A stretch of DNA of 63,879 nucleotides, the filler included, from Octopus bimaculoides (Eukaryota): the NCBI RefSeq assembly GCF_001194135.2. It is 6 parts of 5 records of this genome, joined end to end, with 100 filler letters (N's around TTAATTAATTAA, not from the genome) between each part and the next. Parts side by side here need not be neighbours in the genome. Positions count along the whole stretch, not along the records: positions 29,051 to 41,876 come from NC_068992.1; positions 41,977 to 48,973 come from NC_068998.1; positions 49,074 to 61,447 come from NC_068982.1; 3 more parts are not named here. The stretch is one strand, 5' to 3'. Below are positions 39,510-54,565 of this stretch, piece by piece (positions within the stretch are counted from its first letter, which is position 1; each line of letters opens with the position of its first letter). The notes below the pieces were generated by a model that saw nothing but the letters and a program-made list of their open reading frames with translations, did no database searches and was not told the origin of the DNA. The position numbers were made by a program, and so were the translations under genes.

Positions 39510-39900
39510 ATAAATATATATATTGTCTCCTAGAGAGAAGTGTGAATACTAGGACCAAAAATGAGGTTTATCAATGTAAGGTAACGACTAACACAGAGGT
39601 CTTGCATTACATAGGTTGCTCTTCATCGTAGGTCTCTAGGAGAATCTCTAATCATTACTCAACCTTTAGGGATAGGAATAAAAATAATAGTACCGGTCTT
39701 AGTAAGTTAATCTGGAAACTTAAGGACTGCAATAAACGATTCTCTTTAGAATGGTCAATACTGGCTACCTCAATACCCTACGACAAGAGTAAAGATTTTT
39801 GTCCTCTCTGTAACTTGGAGCTATTCCACATTCTGTTCTCCAAGAATAATTTAGTGAACCAGATAAGACAGAGAGCATAGAGATGCCAGCATTGGGGGAT
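39510..39900 (+). mobile_element. Penelope-like GIY-YIG endonuclease fossil
   Basis: EVYQCKVTT...YIGCSS...RISNHYSTF...STGLSKLIWKLK...LEWSILA...PY....CPLCNLE. Confidence 0.8.
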
Positions 39901-41976
39901 ACACACCTTTAGCTCGTTTCATTAATTCCATTCTTTTTACTAATTTTAGTTATTTTTTCACCAACTAACATACTCACTAGTTAACAGCCACTTTGTATTT
40001 ATTTTTATTAAACTTAGTCAATAAATCTCCTCCAGTTACCTCCATTTACCCATTTGGTCCATCCCTACAACTTTTCCTTATTGCTTGATGGTCCTCTTAA
40101 TTTTATTATTATTATTATTATTATTATTATCAACTCTTTTGTAGTTTTTTTTATCCATTAGATTTATAATTACACTTAAATATATTTTAGTTAATTATAA
40201 CTTTGTAATTTTTGTTTCTCACCTTTGTAACCAGCGACTCTGCATCGTACACACTGGAACATAACTTTAATATCAATTTTTCATTGACATCAATATCTCT
40301 TTTAATTTGTCCATCATACTGCTCCCACTACCTATCCACATAGGTTTTTTTCTATCATTAAAAAAATTTTGTATTGTTTATTCATTCATTTATTAATTTA
40401 CTTATTTCCTAATAGTAATAAATATTTTATTATAACATACCCATCTCCTTAATATTAATAATAATAATAACAACAGTAATAGTAATAATAACAAATATAT
40501 TTTTTATATTTATGATAATAATAATAACAACAATAAGAATAATAACATAATATTATCTAAAATAACAATTATATCTAACTCCAGCGCCAGTTGATCACAC
40601 TCTCTCCTTCTCTAGTTAGTACAGCAAGTTTAACCCCCGTAAAGTCATATACATAGAGTTTTAAGTATATTTACGTATATGCTATCGATTTTGTTATCGT
40701 AAGTATGTTTATAAAATAAATTCCATGCAGACTACCCTTGTTTCATCTCCCCCAAATCCTCCTAAATCCACGTTTAATTCATTTATTTCCTTATCTATAA
40801 GTATTTTTTAAAAGATATATCGATACTTGTACTTTATCTCAATATCCTATTCTTCTTTTACATTTACTTCTATTAATATACCTCTGTGCTACTAAGTAAT
40901 ATGTAAAGTAGCAAGTTTTTCCTGACGGGATATTATGTTTTAGTTTTAGTTAGACAAGTATCCCAATGTAACTTTAAATATGTATTACTAGACCCAATAT
41001 TCACTCCCGTTTACATTAATATACCTCTATGCAATATAGTAATATATAAGAAACACGTTTTTCTCTGGCGGGATATAGTATGTTAGTTTATCATGATTTA
41101 AAATATTATATCAAATAAGTATTTTGCATATACATTTACCTACGTTATATATTCTTATTATTTCATTACTTTATAGTTTTGTACCTTGTATTGCCATTTA
41201 TTTAGGTTAATTACCGTAAATTAATATGAAACAACATTAATGGTTACTTATATTTACAATCCATCTTTAATTTGCCTTCCTTATAAACGTTTATTTACGT
41301 AATCAGTCGTATAAAAAATTTACTCTTTACACAAATTCATTGAATCTTCTCCTTTCCTCCTTCCAATTGCAATAAATTTCTATTACCATTATTATTAGAT
41401 TTAAGAATTTTCTGCGGTTCATTATGTCTTCTTTTTAATTTAAACTCTTAGTATAGCGTTCATAGCATCTCTCCCTAAACAGCTCCCTGTAAACTAGCGT
41501 TCTTGTTGGTGGTCATTTAACTTAGCTATATATTGTTATTCCTCGTACGTAACCTTCGCATTAAGCACAAGTCTTGCATTTGTAATATGGTTCCCTGATG
41601 ATAAAATTATATTATAAACCAGCATCTCTTATTCCTTTGGAGTAGAGTCCATGTAATTTTTGCGCCCTTTTTAAAGCCTAGCCAGGCTCATGGGCCCGGT
41701 TTCCCAGTTTCTATGGCGTATGTGTCCCGCCCAGCTTGACTGGACGCCAGTCCATCGCAGCTTTACTCAAGAAGCAGGAAAAGAGAGTGAGAGAAAGTTG
41801 AGGCGAAAGAGTACAACAGGGGTCGCCACCACCCCCTGCCGGAGCCTTTAGGTGTTTTGCTCAATAAACACACACANNNNNNNNNNNNNNNNNNNNNNNN
41901 NNNNNNNNNNNNNNNNNNNNTTAATTAATTAANNNNNNNNNNNNNNNNNNNNNNNNNNNNNNNNNNNNNNNNNNNN

Positions 41977-42017
<41 letters not shown>

Positions 42018-43395
42018 CATATGTGTGTGTGTGTACATATATATATATATGGATACATATGGATGGATGGTTCTCCGTTGATTTAGAATACTCACCCACC
42101 ACTTACTCCTGTAAAGCTTTGTCGAAGATTATGTGCGTTGAATTGCTTATTTTCTAATAAACGTTATACCTATTAGTTACCATGACTCTGTTCCTTCATA
42201 AAACCCCCTGCTTACGTCAAAAAGCTGTTCTTTTCTCTTCTTATTCGGGACTTTCTCAAATGCATTATTACGCTAAGCTATGGCTTAGTAATGAGTAAGA
42301 ATGATTTTGTAATGTTCAATGTTTGTATTGGAAGGCAATTCCAACTGACTCGTGCAATTTTGCAATGTCCAAGTGTGTGAGTCTGCAGTATATTATTCTT
42401 CATACTGTTGAACAAGCTGAATGCTGATGCACTGGTGTCCAATTGCATTGGTCTTCCGTCTTCCTACCTGTTTAATTTTGACGTTGATAACTTCTAGGAG
42501 TTTTCTTGTATCTTTTACTTGTACGAGTCAATGTATCTTTTTACTTGTATGAGTCAATGAATCAATGTATCTTGTATCTTTTACTTTTATGAGTCAATGG
42601 AATGCGGCTATGTTGGTACATCGCTTTTAAAGGTTTTAGTTAAACAGTTCGACTCCACTACTAATATTTTTTTAAAATTCTGGTACTTATTGTATTGTCC
42701 TCTTTCAATGAACCGCTAGTTTACGAGGATGTAAACAAACTAATACCGGCTGTCAAACGATAGGGCGACAAACACACTCGTACATACACACATATACGTA
42801 CATACATACACACATTCATACATAAATATATATATATATACACATACATATATGCACATTGACATACAAACACATTTATATACATACGTACATACACATT
42901 TCCGTCTACCAAATCCATTTACAAGGCTATGATCGGTCCGGTTGGAGGCCCAACTTTCCGATTTCTTTTACAGGGCTTACAAAATATAAAAGACTGCTGC
43001 AATAAGTGTGTGAATCTGAGAGGGGAATATGTTGAATAAAATCATAATTAACTGATCCTCCTTTATTTTCTTTTAGCCGAATCCGGGAACTTTTCACTAT
43101 CCCCCGGACGCACTTTGCGTTTTAACTCCAATAATAGAATTTCATGTCCTGTATTCATAGCAATCTGGTCTTTTTCTGTAATTTCTTCGGAAAGCCGTTT
43201 TCGCAATATTTAACTCATTCTTTATTGTGTCAATGAAATCTGCTTTGAATTTATCTCAGTCTTACAATTGCGATGGTCAATTGTAGCTTATAAAGACAAA
43301 CGATTCTCGTGTTTTATCGTCCATAACTTTGTAATCATAAACATTCCATCACCGTCATAGTTTCGACAACATATTTCAAATTGTGATTACTCGTT

Positions 43396-43459
<64 letters not shown>

Positions 43460-43519
43460 TATCCTTACATATATATATATATATATCCTTATATATAGAG
43501 AGATTTATACATACATAAT

Positions 43520-43560
<41 letters not shown>

Positions 43561-43713
43561 CATACATATATATGTGCATATATATGTATATATATATATA
43601 TATTTATAAAATATATGCATATATGTATGTGTATAAACACATACACAAACGCACATATATATATACATGCATATATATGCATAAATATGTATATATGCAT
43701 ATATATGTATATA

Positions 43714-43753
<40 letters not shown>

Positions 43754-44414
43754 TATATATATGTATGCGTGTGAACACATACAAACGCATATATATATAT
43801 ATGCATATATATATGTGTATGTGTGTGTGTGTGTATGTGTATGTGTATTGAACATACACATATGTGCATGTATGTATGCATATAATACAGTACGATATAA
43901 CACTAAAAATAGCAATAACAGAAGCAATAACAACAACAACAACAAACACTTGGGACTTGAAAGTGTCACAGTTGCTGCCATTGTTGTTGTTGTTGTTATT
44001 TGTCGCTGCCACTGCTGCTGCTGCGGCCACCGCTGCTGGTGCTGCTGCGTGTATCGGAGGTCGATTAGCAGGCGAGCTGGGAGACAGACGGAAGGAGATG
44101 TATAGATAGGTGGATAGATAAAAGACAATGGAGAATACGTAAAGGCGGACATATTGAAGAGAGTTGTGTGGGAGTCGTGGGAGGTTAGGGAGAGCCAGGA
44201 GAAAGGGAGTGCGCGTGGGAGGAGGAAGGGGAGAAAGTGGGAGAGGGTGTGGGAAAAGAGAGGGAGAATGGAGGAACGGAGAGTTAGAGTATAAGGAAAG
44301 AGAGTTGTTTTAGAAGGAAAGTAAAATTAGAGACGAATAAAGAGAGAGAGANNNNNNNNNNAAGGACAGAGAAAGGGAGAGAAAGAGATTAAAGGCAAAA
44401 GGGTAATAAAAGAC

Positions 44415-44456
<42 letters not shown>

Positions 44457-44752
44457 GGGAAAGAAAGAAAGAAAGAAGGAAAGAAAGAAAGAAATAAGGA
44501 AAGAGAGTTGTTTTAGAAGGAAAGTAAAATTAGAGACGAATAAAGAGAGAGAGAAAGAGAGAAAGAGTGAAAGAAAGGTTAGGGACGATAGGGAAAAGGT
44601 GATTAAGAGAGAGGGAGAGAGAGAGAGGGAGAGAGAGAAAGAGCGAGAGGCTATTAAGGAGGTAATGGAAGAAAAGGAGAACAAGAGAAAGATAGAGAAC
44701 ATAAGGAAAGAGAAAGAGAGAGTAAGAGATTAAAGACAAAAGTGAAAGAAGA

Positions 44753-44799
<47 letters not shown>

Positions 44800-45284
44800 A
44801 AGAAAGAGAGATGTTTAGAAGGAAAGTAGAAGCAGAGACGAATAAAGAGAGAGAAAGATAGAAAGAGTGAAAGTGAGAGAAGTTAGGGACGATAGGGAGA
44901 AGGTGACTAAGAGAGAGAGAAGGAGAGAGAACAGAGAGAAAAACAGAGGGAGAGAGAACAATGCCAAAGGGAGCAAGGAAGAGACAAAAGCAAAGATAAA
45001 AAGGAGGTGGAGCAAGAAGAGGAGAAGGGAGAGATAGTGTATAAAGTGAAAGGGCTGCGATGGGAGAGGCGTGTTGTTTTTGTTTTTTGTTTCCCTTAAT
45101 ACCCTGTAAATTGATGCGGGAATACGAGGGTAGGGACGGCATCAATGTTGCTACTTCCTATTGCCGGATCTCTGGTATTAAGCCGGATCAACTTGTGTCA
45201 TTAGTTTACACGGAAACGTTAAGCCTTCTTGTAATTAAAGACATGTTTGACGGTTCTTGATAACCAAATGGTGTATAGATTCTC

Positions 45285-45488
45285 TGATGGTGGCGGCGGC
45301 GGTGGTGGTGGTGGTGGTAGCGGTCTTGTTGGTGGTGGTAGTCGTAGTGGTAGTGTTTGTGGTGATACTGGCAGTAGTGGTAATGGTGGTGGTGGTTGTA
45401 GTGACAGTAATAATAGTAGTAGGAGCAGTAGTAGTATTAGTAGTAGCGGTGGTGGTGGTGGTACTGCTGGTGGAGGCAGTAGTAGTAA

Positions 45489-45531
<43 letters not shown>

Positions 45532-45710
45532 AGTGCTACTGCTGGTCGTGGCAGTAGTAGTGGTAGTGGTCGTGCTGGTGGTGGCAGTAGAAGTAGTAAT
45601 AGTGGTGGTGGTGGTGGTGCTGGTGGTAGTTGTAGTAGCGGTGATGGTAATGGTGATGGTGGTGGAGGTGACAGTAATGGTGGTGGTGGTGGTCGTCGTG
45701 GTGCTAAGAG
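45285..45710. repeat. (GGT/AGT)n degenerate trinucleotide array
   Basis: Directly visible. Confidence 0.9.
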
Positions 45711-46222
45711 TGTAAACGGCAGTGGTCTTGTGAAAAATGGTGAAAAGTGGGGAGAGGTTATGGAGGATTTTTGGTGAGGTGAAAGAGAGAGAGTGACGGA
45801 TACAGAGAGAAAGAAAGAAAGAAAGAAAGAAGGAAAGAAAGAAAGAAGGACAGAAAGAAAGAAAGAATTGGAAAAAGAAGGGGCAAGAAGAAGAAGGATA
45901 GATATTTACTGAGAAAGCAGGGTGGGGAATGTTGCGAGGAATGGGAAGTGGCATTCACAGAATGGAGGAAGAAGGGACATATTCTTTCTTACCCTAAGCA
46001 TAAGACACGAAATTTTGGCGGAGAGGGGGGGGGCAGTCGAGTAAATCGACACCAGTACACAACCGGTACTTAATTTATCGACCACGAAACGATGAAAGGC
46101 AAATTCGACCTCGGCGGAATTTGAACTCAGAACATGAAGACAGACGAAATACCGCTAAGAATTTCTTCCGGCGTGCTAACGTTTCTGCCAGAGAAGGGAT
46201 ATACTGAATATATGAGCATGTT

Positions 46223-46261
<39 letters not shown>

Positions 46262-47113
46262 TTCAACGATATATGTATTCATCTTTACGTGCGTGTGTGT
46301 GTGTGTGTGTGTGTGCCAAAGTTAAAGAATTTCAAAGAAAAGCCTGGAAATAAGTGTAAGAAACGAGAGTCGAGTGAATGAAAGAATAACAGAATGAAAT
46401 AATGAATGAGTGGATTAATGTAATGAGATTTGAAAGAGAAACGAGAGAAAGCGAAAATGATAGAGATTGGCTGGCTGGCTGGTTTGGGTGGCAGGTTAGT
46501 TGACTGACTGGTTGCTGGTTGCGTTTACCGTACACATGTACAGTATATATGATAAATGTTATTTGTTTATATATATATATATATATATATGCACATATGT
46601 ATCTATCTATGTATGTGCGTGTGTATATTTGTATGTATAAATATTTTTATATATATTTATGCATACACTCACACACACACTCACGCATTACGCACACACA
46701 CATATACATATATATGCATATAATTCTTTTTTGGGAACTGCGAATCTCGAAGTAAATAACGCTCAGAATCTGCTTGTGGAAGTCGAACCCACAACTCCTA
46801 ACTATTACAATGTCATCGCGCTCTCCTTTCTGTCTATTTACCTTTGTGACGAATTTTGTCAATCGTTTTAAAACATCAAGATCCAGGAGATTGAAACGAT
46901 TGGTTTTCTGTTAGACTGGTGACGTCATTCCATCAAGGAAGGAACGCTGGTTGCCCTCTTTCAAATTTTGGATTTGAATTTCTATGATTTTGAATTTCTC
47001 TGTGTCACTTTTCATTTTGAACTCGACAAAGACAGGCAAGCTGTTGAAATAACGTACAAATAATAAAATATCTACTGCAATCGCGTCACGCTCTTCGTAT
47101 TGTTAATAACAAC

Positions 47114-47145
<32 letters not shown>

Positions 47146-47225
47146 TGATGATGATGGTGGTTTCTGTTTTGACCACAATGGATTTACAACAAAAAAAAAA
47201 CATTATGGAGGGCACAAAACAGGTG

Positions 47226-47260
<35 letters not shown>

Positions 47261-47742
47261 CACCACCATCACCATCATCACCCCNNNNNNNNNNNNNNNN
47301 NNNNNNNNNNNNNNNNNNNNNNNNNNNNNNNNNNNNNNNNNNNNNNNNNNNNNNNNNNNNNNNNNNNNNNNNNNNNNNNNNNNNNNNNNNNNNNNNNNNN
47401 NNNNNNNNNNNNNNNNNNNNNNNNNNNNNNNNNNNNNNNNNNNNNNNNNNNNNNNNNNNNNNNNNNNNNNNNNNNNNNNNNNNNNNNNNNNNNNNNNNNN
47501 NNNNNNNNNNNNNNNNNNNNNNNNNNNNNNNNNNNNNNNNNNNNNNNNNNNNNNNNNNNNNNNNNNNNNNNNNNNNNNNNNNNNNNNNNNNNNNNNNNNN
47601 NNNNNNNNNNNNNNNNNNNNNNNNNNNNNNNNNNNNNNNNNNNNNNNNNNNNNNNNNNNNNNNNNNNNNNNNNNNNNNNNNNNNNNNNNNNNNNNNNNNN
47701 NNNNNNNNNNNNNNNNNNNNNNNNNNNNNNNNNNNNNNNNNN

Positions 47743-47778
<36 letters not shown>

Positions 47779-48034
47779 ACGCACATGCGTACGTACATAC
47801 GTACATGCATACATATATGCGTACAAGCATGCACACATGCATATATACATTCATACATGCAAACACACGTGGATACATTCATGTATATATGGATGCATGC
47901 ACATATACATGTGTATAAATACTTTATATGTTTGTAGAATTATATATATATGTATGCATATATCTATGTATATGTATACATCTACATATACACACACACA
48001 TATATATATATACGAATATATATAGATGTGTGTT

Positions 48035-48085
<51 letters not shown>

Positions 48086-48449
48086 NNNNNNNNNNTATAT
48101 ATACATATATGTATGTAAGCATGTATATGGATATATATGTACATACATATACATACATACACACATACATACATGCATGCATAAATACATACATACATAC
48201 ATACATACATACATACATACACACACATATACACACATAAACATATATACAACACATGTCTCGGTATCTCCACTCGAGCCACCTCCACCATTACTAACAC
48301 CAGCGCCACCACTGCCAATATCCGCTCCGCTACCTCAGTCACATGACTTCCTACCATATATACTACCATCTATCTCAGCCAATTGAACTCTCATTATGAG
48401 CGTCTTTGCTGCAGCATCTTTTGTAACATCATCTTTGCAACCCTCCATC

Positions 48450-48720
48450 ATCCAGCATCCATCTTGGATAGATCATGAGGCGGTGATGCTGGTTGTGGCA
48501 GTGGTGTTGGTGGTGGTAGCAGAGGGAGGGGAGAGATAGGGGAGGTACAGCTCCCCCTTCCGTCGGACGCCATATTGCCGACAAGATAACGGTCTAAAAA
48601 GGGAGAAAAAGGGCTACAGCGGTCAGCCATCTTAATTTTTGCTGCTGCCATTTTTCCTTGTTTTGTATTTCTTTTCTCTGTTCCGTCATTAAAGTTCACA
48701 AAAGCTAAACGGTTTTTCCA
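48450..48720. promoter_or_regulatory. Promoter-like island with four YY1-like CCATNTT motifs
   Basis: ccatctt (~48459), cgccatatt (~48569), gccatctt (~48627), gccatttt (~48647), all in one orientation; motif match only. Confidence 0.35.
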
Positions 48721-50459
48721 TTCTCTTATCTTAAATTGGTCCTCCGCAACATCCTCTCCTCCACACCACACACACATACACGCTCACACACATACACATA
48801 TACACACACACATTTATTTCCTACACAAATAATCATATCCTTTATTTTTTCCTTTTCTTCTATCATATCGTATTTGCTGCTCCCCTTTCCTTCTTCCTTT
48901 CTTTCTTTCTCCCTTTTCTTCTGTCTATCTCTGTTACTATTTAATCCCACCTCTCTCTCTCTCTCTCTCTCTCNNNNNNNNNNNNNNNNNNNNNNNNNNN
49001 NNNNNNNNNNNNNNNNNTTAATTAATTAANNNNNNNNNNNNNNNNNNNNNNNNNNNNNNNNNNNNNNNNNNNNCTTTTGTTTTGGGTAACCATCAATTTT
49101 ACCAGGGGACAACTGAAAAATTGTTGCACTACAGTATAGAGACGAGCGTGGCCTAAAGATTAGGGAGTTGCTCATACGATCGCAAGAACGTGGTTTCCAT
49201 CCCCGGACCGCAAGTTGTGTCTATTTAACTAAAGAAACTATTCTTTCGAATAACGAACAATTTTCTAGCGCACAGCTGAAAGACTCTTGCTGCTGCACTG
49301 CAGTAGGTGAAGGCGCATGGCAATGTGGTTAAGGTATTGCACTCACGACTGCAAGATCGTCGTTTGGATTCCCGGACCGAGTGGTGCGTTGTGTTCTTGA
49401 GCAAAACACTTTATTTCACGTTGCTTCAGTCCACTCAGCTGTAAATGAGTAACTCTGTGACAGATCGGCGTCCTGTTCAAAAGAAATGTTCTGATCTCGG
49501 CCACTTATACGCCATGGAAACCGGGTAACCGGCCCAATGAGTTGTAGCACTCAAAATAGTAATGTTCAGGAGACTTGCTACGACTGCAGCAAATATTCCA
49601 CAACAGACAAGAAAGAAGGGGGAAAGGCTTTTAAAAACATCTCTTAAAGTAACTGGTCTTCCACTTCGTTCTCTGGAAGAGATCAAACAGGTCATTGTCT
49701 GAAGGTTCTATCACCTAAGATAACAGCCATTGAAACGCCAGCTGTTAAATACATATGCACAATATCATTTTTTAGAGTGTTAGGCGCTGCAAATACACTG
49801 CAGCCCAGACAAATAAGTTCAAGGACAGTTTTTATTTTCCCACACATCTATTAGACAGCTGAATACAGATATCTAGTGGTGATGTTACTAATATATGTAT
49901 AAGGATGTTTGCATGTGTCGATGTAATTCGTGTTATTGTAATGATATATAATTGCATCGTATGCATTTGATGCATTACTTACTGTCCCTGCATTGTCATT
50001 GTGCTATAATGTGTCACGATACTCAAAAAAAAAAAAAAAAANNNNNNNNNNNNNNNNNNNNNNNNNNNNNNNNNNNNNNNNNNNNNNNNNNNNNNNNNNN
50101 NNNNNNNNNNNNNNNNNNNNNNNNNNNNNNNNNNNNNNNNNNNNNNNNNNNNNNNNNNNNNNNNNNNNNNNNNNNNNNNNNNNNNNNNNNNNNNNNNNNN
50201 NNNNNNNNNNNNNNNNNNNNNNNNNNNNNNNNNNNNNNNNNNNNNNNACACCGATTCCATTACTGAACTAATACTTATTTCCTCGACTCCGAAAGGATAA
50301 AAGGCAAATTCGACCCCGGCGGCTAAGTTGCGGGAACACAAACAAACTGACACGTGTCCTTTCGGGGTCGATGAAATAAGTATCAGTTGAGTACTGGGGT
50401 CGATGTAATCGACTATCCCCCACCCCCAAATTTCGGGCCCTGTGCTTATAGTAGAAAAG

Positions 50460-50522
<63 letters not shown>

Positions 50523-51966
50523 TCTAAGGCGGCGCGCGGGCAGATTCGTCAGCACGCCGGACGAAATGCTTAGCGGCATTTCGTCCGTCTATACATTCTG
50601 CGTTCAGATTTCGCCGAGGTCAACTTTGCCTTTCATCCTCTCGGAATCGATAAAATAAATACCAGTACAGCACCGGGATCGATGTAATCGTCTTACCCAC
50701 TCTCCTGAAACTGCCGGCCTTGTACCAAAATTTGAAACCAATATCAATATGATCGAAAAGGCAGCAGGCTGGTAGAATCATTTGCACGCCGGCAAATGCT
50801 TAGCGGCGTTACGCCCGTCTTTGCGTTCTAAGTTCAAATTCTGCCGAAAGGATTATCATTATTTTCGCTGCTGTTACTTTGTTTTATAGAGCAGTTGCAA
50901 GTCTCACTCTTTCTCTCTCTCTCTCCCTCTCTCTCTCCACTTGCTCTCTCCTCTCTCTCGCCCTTCTCTTGCCCCCTCTCTTTCTCTCTCACACACACAC
51001 ACGTGCGATGGGCATGCACCCAGTTTATGTTCACCAAATTCCCTCACAAGGCATTCGTTGACCTCTGGGTGAGAGTGGGTGAAAGTAATCTTGGCCTACA
51101 TTGCAAATTTCCCTTGAAAGCCTCGTTAATGTTGGTTGTTTTACTCTAAGTATTATTTATGATTTGTAATGAGAACAGAATCTGAGAACTAGGATTCTGT
51201 TAAATTTGTAATATCTTCGATTCTGAAAGAGTATTAAGTGAGTCAGATATTCTCAGGTTGACAGTATTTTTCTTAGGATGTTTGCAATACTCACGAGAAG
51301 AATTTTTTTGTTGCTTTGATACTTTTAGTTTTCCTAGTATTTGGCTGTAGTGTTTAAGAGCGCCATTTGATATTGTCAGATCATGTGATTTCCACATTCC
51401 TTGGCCTTTTCAATGGTAGACGTCCGGTTAGACAGCAGTCAAATTCCCAAGTCAGTGATATATAGAATCTTAGTTTCTATTCAGGCACTGGTGTCGCAAA
51501 TAACCAGTGGGCTTATTAAAAAATAGCTATCAGCGACAGAAGCAGTATTAATACTAAAAGAATATATTTTGTCTCCCACCAGGGCGGCGAGCTGGCAAAA
51601 TGCTTTGCAGCATTTCGTCCGTCGCTACTTTCTAAGTACAAATTCGGCCGAGGTAGACTTTGCCTTTCATCCTTTCGGGGTTGATAAAGTAAGGACCAAT
51701 TGAGCACTGGGGTCGATGTAATCGGCTAACTCTCTCCACTGAAATTGCTGGCCTTGTGCCAAAATTTGAAATCAATGTTTATCTCCCACTAAAAGTGGAT
51801 GTTGTGTTAGAACACAGAATACTGCGTTATTTACCTTGAGTGAATCTCTCATATGGAAATGTGGAAGTTTTGAGCTTATGAATTATTAAAAAAAAAAAAA
51901 AGAATATGATGATAAATTGTACTAAACTGAACTGAATTGAATTTCAGAGTACCAACTTCTACTAAG

Positions 51967-52207
51967 ATGGATTTTGTTGACACCAGTGCAACACCAGTAG
52001 TTCGAGACGGTTTGGTAAATGATATCATGTCACAACTGTATGGAATGGAAGTAGTCAACTTCACTGAAATGGAAAGTTACATCGATCGAAATTATTTGGT
52101 TAATGTGAAGAAAACACACAGAAATCCGTACATTAAGGAGGTGAAACCTCATGGTTATGTGTTGAAAATCTTCAACGGAGAAGAATCAAAGGACGAAGAT
52201 TATTTTG
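51967..52207 (+). CDS. HYKK: HYKK-like coding exon 1
   Basis: Acceptor atttcag| at 51947, ATG at 51967, donor TTTTG|gtacag. Confidence 0.88.
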
Positions 52208-52443
52208 GTACAGATCTTCTGTTTTTTTTATCTTTTAGTTGTTTCAGTTATTGAACTGCGGTCATACTGGGGCACAGCCTTCAACCCAAGTAATACGAAC
52301 CCAAAACTTTACAAATTTATGATTCTGGTACTTGTTCTATCGGTCTCCTCTTTTGCCGAACCGCTAAATTACGGGACATAAACAAACCAACACTGGTTGT
52401 CAAGTGGTGGGGAAGACAAACACGAACACAAAGACAAGTGCGT

Positions 52444-52519
<76 letters not shown>

Positions 52520-53822
52520 ATACATTTAATATATCAAATTAAACTTACAACATAATTATCACTGTAAAGTTCATGGGCTGATTATGAAGGAGTGATGCTA
52601 GAGTTATGAAATCTTACGTGCATTAATTCCAACCCTTTTTATTAATAACATTGTTTCTTGAGGTAAACTGACATCTGACTGGTTAAAGAAAACTTCAAAA
52701 TTAACTGGTCTCTTAAAAATGGACAAAATTTGGCTTCGTGGTGGTATTAAGTACTTGCAAAAACAAAAAGAATGCGTTTAGTCCTCAAGGACGTTCATGC
52801 TGACATCGTTGCTATATTAAGAGATGACGCACCAGCTTTAGCAACTGTACAAAAGTGGACAGCTGAATTTAGGAGAGGAAGGGAGAGTCTTGAAGATGAT
52901 CAAGGTCTAGACATCCTGTAACTACCACCGCCAAGGAAAACATTGACCGTGTTCACCGCATAGTAATGGATGACAGGCGACTGACTATAAATCGAATAGT
53001 CAATGCAATTAGCATATCCCATGAATGAGTTGAGAATATTCTGCACAATGAACTTGGTATGACGAAAGTTTCTGCTCGGTGGGTGCCACGTCTTCTGACT
53101 TCTGAGCAAAAGTGCACCAGGATAATCACATCACGGGAAAATCAGGCATTGTTTGGAGCAGATCCAGCTGGTTTTCTTGAAAGTTCCCTAAGCCAGGATG
53201 AGTGTTGGCTTCATCACTTTGAGCGAGAGACAAGGAGACAATCTATGCAGTGGAAACACCCCTCCTCACCGACTCCAATGAAGACCAAGATCGTTTCATC
53301 TACTGGGAGGGTGATGGCCTCAGTTGTTTGGGGGTGAGGATGCAAAAGGCATTGTATTTATTGACTATCTTCAAAAGGGCCACAACATCAATGGAAAGTA
53401 CTATGCCAACTTGCTGAGGCAGTTATGAAAGGTTATCAAGACCAACTGTCCAGGAAAATTGACAAAAGGGGTCTTGTTTCATCAGGACAATGCTCCAACA
53501 CGTAAGTCCTTGGTTTCAGTATCTGCTGTGCGTGACTGTGATTTTGAATTGGTCAATCACCCTCCCTATTCTCCCGATTTGGCCTCATCTGACTATCGTC
53601 TGTTCCCCAACATGAAAAAAACATTTATCTGGAAACCAGTGTCGCAGTGATGATGACATCATATCTGTTGTTGATGAATTTTTTCACGAACAGCATGAAA
53701 GCCGCTTCAGCAATGGGATCCAAGCACGGCAACACTGATGGGAGAAGTGAGTGGACTAAAAGATGGGACTATGTTGAAAAATTAACTTCATACCATGAGA
53801 GTGAACTTTTCAGCCGACCCCT

Positions 53823-53908
<86 letters not shown>

Positions 53909-54054
53909 TGTGTTTGTGTCGTAAGAAGCTTGCTTCCTAACCCCTTAGTTCCGGGTTCAGCCCCACTGCACGGCACCTTGGGTAAATATCTTCTACTACG
54001 ATCTACCAAAGCCTTGTGAGTGGATCTGGTTGACAGAAGCTGAAAGAACCACGT

Positions 54055-54099
<45 letters not shown>

Positions 54100-54459
54100 G
54101 GGTGTCTGTGTCTGTATTTGTTGCCCCATCACAGCTTGACAATCGGTGTTAGTGTGTTTACGTTCCCGGAACCTAGTGGTTCGGCAAAAGAACCGATAAA
54201 ATAAGTACTATGCTTAAAAAATAAGTTCTGGTGTTGATTTGTTCAACTAAAATCCTTCAAGGCGATGCTCTAGCATGGCCGCAGTCAAATGGCTGAAACC
54301 AATAAAAGAATAAAAGAATAAAAGAATAAAAGATATGTGTATACACACACACACACTTATATATATATACACAGATACATATGTTAATATCTTATGAACA
54401 TTATATGTTTCAACTCAGTGAACTGTTTAGAATTTCTTCCTCACGTTCCATTCCTGACA

Positions 54460-54509
<50 letters not shown>

Positions 54510-54518
54510 GCGCGCACG

Positions 54519-54565
<47 letters not shown>

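Noticed and set aside
41590-41630. CTGATGA near the end of the 39.5-41.6 kb block
   Set aside because: No GAAA and no helix I partner
45235-45954. Thr-rich mucin-like and Gly/Ser-rich ORFs
   Set aside because: Open in several frames because of the trinucleotide array; no credible splice sites or start context
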